Notes under the pieces: generated by a model
What the model was told of the DNA's origin: nothing
The model's input: only the letters and a program-made list of their open reading frames with translations
The model's database searches: none
Program-made: the position numbers and the translations under genes
Source of the DNA: Sphingomicrobium sp.
GTDB lineage: Bacteria; Pseudomonadota; Alphaproteobacteria; Sphingomonadales; Sphingomonadaceae
Assembly (NCBI GenBank): GCA_036375515.1
Contig: DASURT010000146.1
Coordinates: 1 to 32,387, forward strand
Length of the DNA: 32,387 nucleotides
Direction of reading: 5' to 3'
Shown here: piece after piece, positions 7,548 to 15,415 of the stretch
How positions within the stretch are numbered: position 1 is the first letter of the stretch
How the letters are laid out: every line of letters begins with the position of its first letter

Positions 7548-9338
7548 TCAAGCGGAGCGCTGGGCCGGCGCATGCGCCTGTTGCACGACGGAACCTGTCG
7601 ACGCTACGCGTTCCTCCTGGGCCTTGACCATCTGCTCGAACCGCGCGTCATCCCGGAGCGGGTCGAGGTCGGTGTCGAGCCGGAGATATTTGACCATCGC
7701 CGGTGGGGAGCGATCGATGAACGTGGCGAGCAGATCGATGGCCGCATCCGTGTCGCCCAGATAGCGCGACAGCGAACACACCAGGTTCCAGCGCATCGTG
7801 AAATTGTCCGGGTCCATGAGGAGCGCGCGCTTGATCCACTCCTTTGACCGAACGCCATCGCCAAGGATCGCCAGTGCGACCGCGCCGAACCCCAGCGCCG
7901 AGCCGATCGCGGGATCCTGCGCCAGCACACGCTGCGCGCGTTCGAACGTCATTTCCGCCGAGCGCTTCAGCCCGGCCGCATCGCCGATGGCCGCGTAGCA
8001 CGTCTCCAGCATGCCGGTGGAATGAAAGTCGCTCTCGACCAGCGCCGCGGCTTTTTCGAAAAACGGGATCGCCTCGCGCATCTTGCCGGTCCGGCTGAGC
8101 AGCCGCGCGGCTTCCTTGTTCACCTCCCAGCTCTCGGGGTCGAGCCGCAGCGCCGTCTGAATCTGCCGGTCGGCCTCCTCGGGCTTTCCATCCTCGTCGG
8201 CGAGGTATCGTGCCTTGACGCAGAGCGCCTCCGGCAGATTGGGATCAATCTCGAGCGCACGTTCGGCGGCAGTGAGCGCATCTTCCGGCCGATCATGCCG
8301 GAAGCGCATTTCGGCCTGCGCCAGCGCGATCAACGCCCAGGCCTTGGCGTAGTTCGGGTCGATCTCGGTCGCCTGGCGCGCAATCCGGATGACGACCTCG
8401 TCGCGACGGACGTCGCCGTCATTGCCGCTGATCCAGTGCTGCCGCGCCATCAGGTACAGATTGTAGGCCTCGACACTCGAAGTGCCGCGGTGCTCGATCG
8501 CCTTCTTTTCCTTGGGCAGTAGCTTCAGGCGGAGAGCCGCAACTATGGCCTTGGAGATTTCATCCTGGATGGCGAAGATGTCGTCGAGATTGCGGTCGTA
8601 GCGCTCGGCCCAGACGTGATCACCTTCCTCGCCGTTGATCAGCTGGGCGTTGATCCGCACGCGATCGCCGGACTTGCGGACGCTGCCTTCGAGGACGTGC
8701 GTGACCTTGAGCTGCCGGGCGATCTGGCCGACTTCCAGCGTCTGCCCCTTGAAGGTGAAGGCGGTATTGCGCGCGACCACCGACAGCGCCGAAACCTTCG
8801 ACAAATCGGTGATGATGTCTTCGGTGATGCCGTCGCTGAAATATTCCTGCTCCGCGTCGCCGCTCATGTTGATGAACGGCAAGACGCAGATCGACACCCG
8901 GCGGGCCGGTTCGGCTTTCGGGTCCAGCGCAGGGTCCGGCCGTCCGGTATTCCCGACCAGCAGTGCGACGCTGCTTTCGACCTTGCGCCACCCCGGTGCG
9001 TCCGTATCGCCGCTCCATTGTTTGAGGTCGGCGCATTGAATCTGGTTGAATGGAATGGGCGGCAGCGTCCCGTCCACCGTGATTTGCACGAGCGTGCCGG
9101 ATTCTCGCGCGATGTCGGCTTCCGCGCGGACCCATTGCGAGTGGGCCGCCTCGGCCGACCACAGCACCACCACGGCCTTGGCCGAGTGAAGCCGCTCCTC
9201 GATGACTTCACTGTAGGACCGGTGAGCCGGCAATTCGTCGTCGCGCCAGACGTTGTAGCCGGCGGCGCGCAGCGCGCCGGCGACCAGCTGAGCCTGGGCT
9301 TCGGTCGACCGGCCATAGGAAACGAAAATGTCGGTCAT
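7548..9338 (-). CDS. TIR domain + TolB-like (adenylate-cyclase-associated) domain + TPR repeats
   Basis: N-terminal DIFVSY...VWRD...IEERL..AKAVVVLWS...SQWVRAEA (TIR); central SICVLPF.NMSGD.EQEYFSDGITEDIITDLSK...VLEGSVRK.G.RVRI.AQLI; C-terminal TPR-like repeats (ERALEIDPN, ALRLDPE, ALLMDPDN). Confidence 0.88.
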   Translation of the reverse strand: MTDIFVSYGRSTEAQAQLVAGALRAAGYNVWRDDELPAHRSYSEVIEERLHSAKAVVVLWSAEAAHSQWVRAEADIARESGTLVQITVDGTLPPIPFNQIQCADLKQWSGDTDAPGWRKVESSVALLVGNTGRPDPALDPKAEPARRVSICVLPFINMSGDAEQEYFSDGITEDIITDLSKVSALSVVARNTAFTFKGQTLEVGQIARQLKVTHVLEGSVRKSGDRVRINAQLINGEEGDHVWAERYDRNLDDIFAIQDEISKAIVAALRLKLLPKEKKAIEHRGTSSVEAYNLYLMARQHWISGNDGDVRRDEVVIRIARQATEIDPNYAKAWALIALAQAEMRFRHDRPEDALTAAERALEIDPNLPEALCVKARYLADEDGKPEEADRQIQTALRLDPESWEVNKEAARLLSRTGKMREAIPFFEKAAALVESDFHSTGMLETCYAAIGDAAGLKRSAEMTFERAQRVLAQDPAIGSALGFGAVALAILGDGVRSKEWIKRALLMDPDNFTMRWNLVCSLSRYLGDTDAAIDLLATFIDRSPPAMVKYLRLDTDLDPLRDDARFEQMVKAQEERVASTGSVVQQAHAPAQRSA

Positions 9339-9491
9339 GAACGAAGCCCGCATGCGAACGGATGGATGGCCGCGCAGCTAGTAACGCAAATCCTTATGAC
9401 GCGATACACTTCCGGCTTAAGCGCCGTCTCTTCCATTCGGCCCCGTTCGCGTTAGTCTGCCGACCGACCGAAACGAGGAATGGGGGACGTG

Positions 9492-9911
9492 ATGCTCAAG
9501 GATTTTCGCGCGTTCATTGTCAAGGGCAACGTCCTCGACCTCGCGGTGGCGGTAATCATCGGCGCGGCCTTCGCGACCATCACCGCGAGCCTTACGGACG
9601 ACATCATCATGCCGATCGTCGGAGCGATCTTCGGCGGCCTCGATTTCTCGAGCCATTTCGTGATCCTGGGATCGGTGCCGGACACCTACCACGGTAGCCT
9701 GACGAGCTATGCCGACCTCAAGAAGGCGGGAATCCCGGTGCTCGGCTGGGGCCAGTTCATCACCGTCCTCATCAATTTCCTGATCCTCGCCTTCATCATC
9801 TTCCTGCTGGTGCGGGTAGCGACCAGGGCGATGCGCAAGAGCGCGGACGCGGCGGGTCCGAGCGAGGTCGATCTGCTGACCGAGATCCGGGACGAGCTGA
9901 GGAAGCGCTAA
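9492..9911 (+). CDS. mscL: Large-conductance mechanosensitive channel
   Basis: MLKDFRAFIVKGNVLDLAVAVIIGAAF, GQFI..LINFLI.AF..F and LLTEIRDEL motifs. Confidence 0.96.
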   Translation: MLKDFRAFIVKGNVLDLAVAVIIGAAFATITASLTDDIIMPIVGAIFGGLDFSSHFVILGSVPDTYHGSLTSYADLKKAGIPVLGWGQFITVLINFLILAFIIFLLVRVATRAMRKSADAAGPSEVDLLTEIRDELRKR

Positions 9912-10708
9912 CGCAGCCGGATCAGCGCCTCCGGGATCCTGGTGGAGCTCGGACCGACGTCCCAGCGAACTTGTCGTCCGATCGCGTGCGGCGATGCGCC
10001 GTCCTCGCTGTTGTTGGTCAGGATCTCGCCGTCGGTGATGACGGTGAAGCGGCCCTGGGCGCGCGAAACCGGGCCGCCTTTCATCTGGTTCGCCGCCGCC
10101 GCTCCAGCACGTGCGCCGAATGGTCCCGCCCCGCCCGTGAACGCGGGCGCGGTCACCAGCACGGAACCGTCGGCGCGGCGACGAATGGCGATGAAAGGGA
10201 TGATGAGATCGTTGTCGGGAAGCGCGGGGAAAACGAAATCCTGCCTCGCGCTGCCCTCCATGTGATAGACGATGTCGAACACGCCATTGGCGCGATAGGT
10301 CACCGATCGCCAGCCCTCGTATTTCATTAGTTTGGCAGCGAAGGCGCGGTTCGATGCATCGTCGAGCCCGGGGAGGCCAAACACCTTGGCCATTTGCTCC
10401 ATTTCATCGTGTTTGGAAGCAACCCGCTTCTCGTGGGCCGTCTTCTGTTCGACCACCTCTTGCTTGCTGCAGGGACGCTCCGTCTTCGTGCCATCCCTAG
10501 CGCCGCCACAATGCGCCATCGTATCGTCCCATGCCTCGACGCTCGCATCCGGAGGAAGCTGGAGAACGATTTCGCCGCGGTAATCGAGGATGAAGCTGCC
10601 GTCCTTTTTCAGCGTCAGGTCCGACGCGAACTTGCCCGGGCCCCACAGGCAACCGGTGAGCAGGAGCGCCGCCGCCGCGACGAAAGCATGTTTGAGCCAA
10701 TGACGCAT
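9908..10708 (-). CDS. Hypothetical lipoprotein
   Basis: 266 aa ORF with lipobox LLLTGC; GAGGGGGA RBS upstream; stop overlaps the mscL stop. Confidence 0.75.
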   Translation of the reverse strand: MRHWLKHAFVAAAALLLTGCLWGPGKFASDLTLKKDGSFILDYRGEIVLQLPPDASVEAWDDTMAHCGGARDGTKTERPCSKQEVVEQKTAHEKRVASKHDEMEQMAKVFGLPGLDDASNRAFAAKLMKYEGWRSVTYRANGVFDIVYHMEGSARQDFVFPALPDNDLIIPFIAIRRRADGSVLVTAPAFTGGAGPFGARAGAAAANQMKGGPVSRAQGRFTVITDGEILTNNSEDGASPHAIGRQVRWDVGPSSTRIPEALIRLR

Positions 10709-10759
10709 GGCGTCCCCCTCGCGGAGGAGCGTAGCCGACCGGACTTGCAGGTGGAAGAA

Positions 10760-11112
10760 GGTGGGGGACTTCTGTTGCCCGGCGTCCCCCGTGCCGCTGG
10801 AATCCCCTTCTGTTGCCCGGTGGGGTCCGACCGCGCTTTAGCTTTGTAACGTCAGTCCGTTAGGACGTCAGTTACGCGGCAAGAGCGAGTGCCTCGTTAT
10901 CGTTGGCACTTGTGAGAATGAGCCGTCACGGTGGTCTCATACCGATCGGCAATCAGGCCTTTATTGCACTCGTCGATCCTGTTTCGCCCCCATCAACAAC
11001 CGCGGAAACTGCTCCAGCGGGCGGCTGATGGTGGAGGCGCCGGGGTACTGCCCCCCGGGTCCGAAGTGCCTATTCCACCTGACAATCTACCGACATAGCC
11101 GGGTTGCCCCGA
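10760..11112 (-). ncRNA. ssrA: Two-piece (circularly permuted) alphaproteobacterial tmRNA; ends approximate
   Basis: On the minus strand the acceptor piece ends ...CGCCTCCACCA at 11029, followed by an intervening segment 11028-10992. The coding piece starts GGGGGCGAAACAGGATCGAC at 10991 (G3-U70 Ala identity pair). Tag frame 10907-10872 reads ANDNEALALAA*. Confidence 0.95.
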
Positions 11113-11120
11113 CGCGCCTC

Positions 11121-11149
11121 AGATAGGGTTTTTGACATCGAATCTCAAG
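11121..11149 (-). promoter_or_regulatory. Putative ssrA promoter, RpoH-like
   Basis: CTTG-N18-CCTATCT on the minus strand just upstream of the acceptor piece; resembles the alphaproteobacterial RpoH consensus CTTG-N17/18-CYTATNT. Confidence 0.5.
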
Positions 11150-11260
11150 GATTCTGGCATTTCCAGGGATGTACGCCTCGTGCGCAAAAGGCACTGGAAA
11201 AGCGGCGCCGACTGCTGATATGGCTAGGCGGCATTTCCATTCTCTTGGGGACTCAAACGC

Positions 11261-11518
11261 ATGAAAAAGCTTGTTTTTGTCATTACCGGAGTAGCCGCGC
11301 TCACGCTTGCCGCTTGCGGTCGTGGCAATCAGGACGTGGTCGACAATGCCGAGATGAATCAACCGGCCGCCGACCTCAACGAACTGTCGAACGAAGCAGC
11401 CGTGGATGCCGAGGCCGCGGCGTTGGGCAACGAGCAGCAGCAGGCCGAGGAAAATGCGATCGAGGACAATACGGTGAACCCGACCGACGCGCAGGAGCAG
11501 AACGTCAGCGGAATGTAG
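11261..11518 (+). CDS. Small acidic Asn/Ala-rich lipoprotein
   Basis: MKK + hydrophobic stretch + lipobox LAAC; low-complexity acidic mature part; GGGGA RBS and a downstream terminator. Confidence 0.8.
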   Translation: MKKLVFVITGVAALTLAACGRGNQDVVDNAEMNQPAADLNELSNEAAVDAEAAALGNEQQQAEENAIEDNTVNPTDAQEQNVSGM

Positions 11519-11543
11519 CCGCCGCACCACCGTCCATCATGGG

Positions 11544-11579
11544 AAGGCCGCCCGGGCGATCTCGGGCGGCTTTTTCTTT
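11544..11579 (+). terminator. Rho-independent terminator
   Basis: GCCGCCCGGG-CGAT-CTCGGGCGGC followed by TTTTTCTTT. Confidence 0.85.
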
Positions 11580-11605
11580 GGCGCACCCGCCTCTACGAGC
11601 GCGTC

Positions 11606-12364
11606 ATGGCCCCAAGCGCGACATCCGAGGCGATTCCCGCCGCGACATTGATCGTCGTCCGTGAGCGGGCGGACGGTCCGCCCGAGTTGCTGATTGTCGA
11701 GCGGTCGGAAGGCATGGCGTTCGCCGCCGGAGCGCTCGTCTTCCCCGGCGGGCGGATCGACGAAGCCGACCGCAGGCTGGCTGATGGAACTGAATGGCCG
11801 GACGGCGCGGCCCGGGTCGCCGCGATCCGCGAGACGCTTGAAGAGACGGCGATCCCCATCGGCATAACGCCTGAACCTGGCTTCGTGCAGGCCGACTGGA
11901 TGCAAGGCGCCCTCGCGAAGGATCATCCCTTCGGGACTCTTCTGCTCGAAGGCGAACACAAGCTCGACCTCGAAGCACTCACGCCGTTCACGCGCTGGGT
12001 CCCCAAGTTCCATGCTGTGCGCCGGTTCGACACGATGTTCTACGTGGCCGAGGCGCCTGTGGGGCCGTGGGAGCCGCGGGTGATGGAAGGCGAATGCGCC
12101 GGCGCCAATTGGCTGACCGCGCGCGAAGTGCTCGACCGGGAGGAACGCGGCGAAGCCCGATTGATCTTCCCGACCCGCCGCAACCTCGAGCGGCTGGCAC
12201 AACATTCGAGCTTCGAGGAAATTCGCGCGGACGCGCTCGCCCATCCGATCGAGCCGGTGACTCCGTGGGTCGAAGTGCGCGGCGGTGAAAAGTTCATCAC
12301 CATCCCCGATCACCTCGGTTATCCGGTGACTGAGGAGCGGTTGGACGGCTTGTGGCGCGGGTGA
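11606..12364 (+). CDS. Nudix hydrolase with split Nudix box (NUDT19-like)
   Basis: PAATLIV, M.FA.GA.VFPGG.ID..D...AAIRETLEET, W.P....RRFDT.F and LIFPT motifs. Confidence 0.85.
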   Translation: MAPSATSEAIPAATLIVVRERADGPPELLIVERSEGMAFAAGALVFPGGRIDEADRRLADGTEWPDGAARVAAIRETLEETAIPIGITPEPGFVQADWMQGALAKDHPFGTLLLEGEHKLDLEALTPFTRWVPKFHAVRRFDTMFYVAEAPVGPWEPRVMEGECAGANWLTAREVLDREERGEARLIFPTRRNLERLAQHSSFEEIRADALAHPIEPVTPWVEVRGGEKFITIPDHLGYPVTEERLDGLWRG

Positions 12365-12391
12365 AAAGGCCGAGTCGCGGCCCGCCCATAT

Positions 12392-12424
12392 AAGAAAGGG
12401 GACCCGCCGCGGCGGATCCCCCTT
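12392..12424 (-). terminator. Terminator between the convergent Nudix and SWIB genes
   Basis: GGGGATCCGCC-GC-GGCGGGTCCCC-TTTCTT on the minus strand. Confidence 0.65.
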
Positions 12425-12447
12425 ATCCGTGGCAAGCGTGCCGACGC

Positions 12448-12717
12448 TTACTTCAGGTGGTTCGAAAGATGCTTGTTCATTTCGAACATGCTGACGCGAT
12501 CCTTGCCCCCAAAGACCCGGCGAAGCTTGTCGTCAGCAAGAATTTCTCTTTTGTTTTGCGGGTTTTGCAGGTTGTTCCTGCGAATGTGATCCCACACTTT
12601 CGAGACCACCTGGCTCCGCGGCAGCGGAGCGCTGCCCGTGATCGCGGCCAAATCCGCCGACGGAGTAACTGGACGGGCCAGCCCGCCCCCTGCTTTACGA
12701 CCAGTCCCTTGTGCCAT
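12448..12717 (-). CDS. Stand-alone SWIB/MDM2 domain protein
   Basis: PVTPSADLAAITG..PLPRSQVVSKVWDHIR.NNLQNP.NKREI.ADDKL..VFG......MFEMNK.LS.HL; start MAQG follows AGGAGG. Confidence 0.92.
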   Translation of the reverse strand: MAQGTGRKAGGGLARPVTPSADLAAITGSAPLPRSQVVSKVWDHIRRNNLQNPQNKREILADDKLRRVFGGKDRVSMFEMNKHLSNHLK

Positions 12718-12789
12718 CAGGCCCTCCTGTTGTTCCATCACCGATAGAGCGCAAAGCGGCCCTCTTTGCAATGCCGTTGCAGAGGGGAA

Positions 12790-13602
12790 TCAGCGATTTT
12801 TCGGTCCAAAAGGCACAACCCGGTTGCCGGCGTCGTGGCCGATGTCGGCCCGGCCGCCGTACGATATGCCCGAGCGGCCGCACCACTCCTCGACGATCGA
12901 AGCCTCGTCGCCTCCGAATTCCGGGTCGTTTTCAAGCACGTCCGCGACACGGCCGAGACGCAGTCTCGACACTCGCCTGACGTTTGGCGAGGCCGTGATA
13001 TGGAACATGGTGCGGTCGATGCGGTAGAGCTGCTCGCTGACCTCCTCGACCAACAAGTCGACACCGGTGAAGTCGGGCTCGAGGGATGTCCCGAGCAAAT
13101 TCGACAGGACGGTCAGGTTATAGGCCATGGCCGGGGCCTCGAGCCGCGGTTCAAGCGCGGACGGGTCGCGTCTGACGATCCAGTCCAGAGCCCGGTGCAT
13201 GGCATCCTCGCCGCCCTGGCGAAGCACGTCTTGCGGCATCGGCCCCCAGGCGACGTCGAGCCCGGCCTTGTGGAAGCCGGCATGAAGAAAGCCCGCGTCG
13301 CTATAGCCCAGGTACACCTTGTCCCGCGCAGCGGCCGGAATATCCACCATCGCGGCTTCCGCGATCCGGTTCGAGCCATAGCCGCCCCTCGCGAACCAGA
13401 CCGCATCGATCGAAGCATCGGCCATGACCTCGCGCAACGCGAAGAGGCGCGCCTCGTCCGGGCCGGCGAAATGACCGTCGTTCAGGAAGCATTGCGTATG
13501 GATGAGGAGCTCGCAGTCGCCCCGCCCGGCGGCGATCGCTCGCACGCGCTCGGCGGCCTCGCGCTTCAACGTGCAGCTCGGAGCAACCACCGCGATGCGC
13601 AT
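12790..13602 (-). CDS. ldcA: LD-carboxypeptidase (peptidase S66)
   Basis: IAVVAPS, HFAG.D..R, RGGYGS and GYSD (catalytic Ser), VEEV (Glu), IGH (His). Confidence 0.88.
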   Translation of the reverse strand: MRIAVVAPSCTLKREAAERVRAIAAGRGDCELLIHTQCFLNDGHFAGPDEARLFALREVMADASIDAVWFARGGYGSNRIAEAAMVDIPAAARDKVYLGYSDAGFLHAGFHKAGLDVAWGPMPQDVLRQGGEDAMHRALDWIVRRDPSALEPRLEAPAMAYNLTVLSNLLGTSLEPDFTGVDLLVEEVSEQLYRIDRTMFHITASPNVRRVSRLRLGRVADVLENDPEFGGDEASIVEEWCGRSGISYGGRADIGHDAGNRVVPFGPKNR

Positions 13603-13673
13603 TCATGCCCCCGAATCCTGTGGCGCCGTTGCACCAGATAAGGCAGTTTCGCCGCCCTTGTGGAGGGGGAACA

Positions 13674-15383
13674 ATGAACAAACACGTTGCGATCACGCTT
13701 GCGCTCGCGGGCCTTGCCTTCAGTTCGGCGGCTCCGCGCGCGGCGCCCGCCTACACCATCCTCATCCGCGGCGGCACGATCTACGATGGATCGGGCAGCG
13801 CGCCTTACGTCGGGGATGTCGCGTTGAAGGGCGACCGGATCGTCTATGTCGGGCCGCACGCGCCGGGTCGCTCGGTGCGCGTAGTCGACGCCAGTGGAAA
13901 GGCCGTTTCGCCGGGCTTCATCAACATGCTGAGCTGGGCGACCGAGAGCCTGATCGCCGACGGCCGCGGGATGAGCGACACCGTTCAGGGCGTGACCCTG
14001 GAGGTGATGGGCGAAGGCGATTCGATGGGCCCGCTCACGCCGGAAATGAAGCGGCTGGCGATCAAGCGTCAGGGCGACATCAAATATCCAATCCGATGGA
14101 CGAGCCTCGCCCAATATCTCGAATATCTCCAGCGCAAGGGCGTGACTCCCAACGTCGCCTCGTTCGTCGGCGCGACGACAGTACGCGTGCATGAGCTGGG
14201 CGAGAAGGACGTCGATCCCACGCCGGCCCAGCTCACCCGCATGCGCGGCCTCGTGCGCCAGGCGATGAAGGACGGCGCGCTGGGGGTCGGCTCCTCGCTG
14301 ATCTATGCGCCGGCGTCCTATGCTGAAACCCCGGAGCTGATCGCCCTCACCACCGAGGCCGCGAAATGCGGCGGCATGTACATCAGCCATATGCGCTCCG
14401 AGGGCGACAAGCTGCTCGAGGCGGTGGATGAGCTGATCACCATCAGCCGCGAATCCGGCGCCCCGGCAGAAATCTATCACATGAAGCAGGCCGGCAGGCC
14501 CAACTGGTCGAAGCTCGACCCGATGATCGCCAGGGTCGAGGCGGCGCGCGCCTCGGGCCTGCGCATCACCGCCGACACGTACACCTATCCCGCGGGAGCG
14601 ACGGGGCTCGACGCGGCCATGCCGACCTGGGTGCAGTCGGGAGGGCTCGAAGCCTGGATCAAGCGGCTGAAGGACCCCGCGACGCGCGCGCGGCTGGTCA
14701 AGGAAATGCGCACGCCGTCGAAAGATTGGGAGAATCTGCTGCTGCTGGCGGGAAGCCCGGAGAAGGTACTGCTGATCAGCTTCAAGAATCCGGAGCTGAA
14801 GCCGCTGACCGGCAAGACCCTCGCCGAGGTCGCGCGGATGCGCGGCAAAAGCCCGGAAGAGACGGCGATGGACCTCGTGATCGAGGACGATAGCCGCGTC
14901 GGCACCGTCTATTTCCTGATGAATGAGGACAATGTGAAGCGGCAGGTCGGTCTGCCGTGGATGAGCTTCGGCTCCGACGAGGCGTCGGAGGTACCCCAGG
15001 GCGTGTTCCTCAAGTCGAGCAGCCATCCGCGCGCCTACGGCAATTTCGCCCGCGTGCTCGGCCATTATGTTCGCGACGAGCATGCGGCCGCCCTGCCCGA
15101 CGCGATCCGGCGGCTGACGGCGCTTCCGGCGACCAACCTCGGGATCAGGAACCGCGGCTGGCTCGCGCCCGGCTATTATGGCGACGTGGTCGTGTTCGAC
15201 CCAGCGAAGATCCAGGACCATGCGACCTTCGAAAAACCGAAGCAGCTCTCGACTGGCGTCAGCGACGTGTTCGTCAACGGTGTGCAGGTGGTCAAGGACG
15301 GCAAGCATTCCGGTGCGAAGCCGGGCCGCGTCGTGCGCGGGCCGGGCTGGACCGGATGGCCCGGCGGAGGCGCGTGTCGCTAG
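13674..15383 (+). CDS. N-acyl-D-amino-acid deacylase family amidohydrolase, exported
   Basis: Start MNKH follows GGAGGGGG; signal peptide; IRGGTIYDGSG, SHMRSEG, IYHMK, FGSD, HPRAYGNF and RG.L.PGY..DVVVFDP motifs. Confidence 0.88.
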   Translation: MNKHVAITLALAGLAFSSAAPRAAPAYTILIRGGTIYDGSGSAPYVGDVALKGDRIVYVGPHAPGRSVRVVDASGKAVSPGFINMLSWATESLIADGRGMSDTVQGVTLEVMGEGDSMGPLTPEMKRLAIKRQGDIKYPIRWTSLAQYLEYLQRKGVTPNVASFVGATTVRVHELGEKDVDPTPAQLTRMRGLVRQAMKDGALGVGSSLIYAPASYAETPELIALTTEAAKCGGMYISHMRSEGDKLLEAVDELITISRESGAPAEIYHMKQAGRPNWSKLDPMIARVEAARASGLRITADTYTYPAGATGLDAAMPTWVQSGGLEAWIKRLKDPATRARLVKEMRTPSKDWENLLLLAGSPEKVLLISFKNPELKPLTGKTLAEVARMRGKSPEETAMDLVIEDDSRVGTVYFLMNEDNVKRQVGLPWMSFGSDEASEVPQGVFLKSSSHPRAYGNFARVLGHYVRDEHAAALPDAIRRLTALPATNLGIRNRGWLAPGYYGDVVVFDPAKIQDHATFEKPKQLSTGVSDVFVNGVQVVKDGKHSGAKPGRVVRGPGWTGWPGGGACR

Positions 15384-15415
15384 CCTTCCGCCGCGCCGCC
15401 CATTAGGGCGCGCGG

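Noticed and set aside
10760-11112. ssrA as an integration site for a prophage or island
   Set aside because: No integrase and no duplicated 3' ssrA segment were seen; the flanking genes look host-like.
1470-12364. nadC + Nudix genes + TIR as a dedicated NAD-based defence island
   Set aside because: The genes lie in separate transcription units among housekeeping genes, with host-like composition and no known defence partners or mobility genes.
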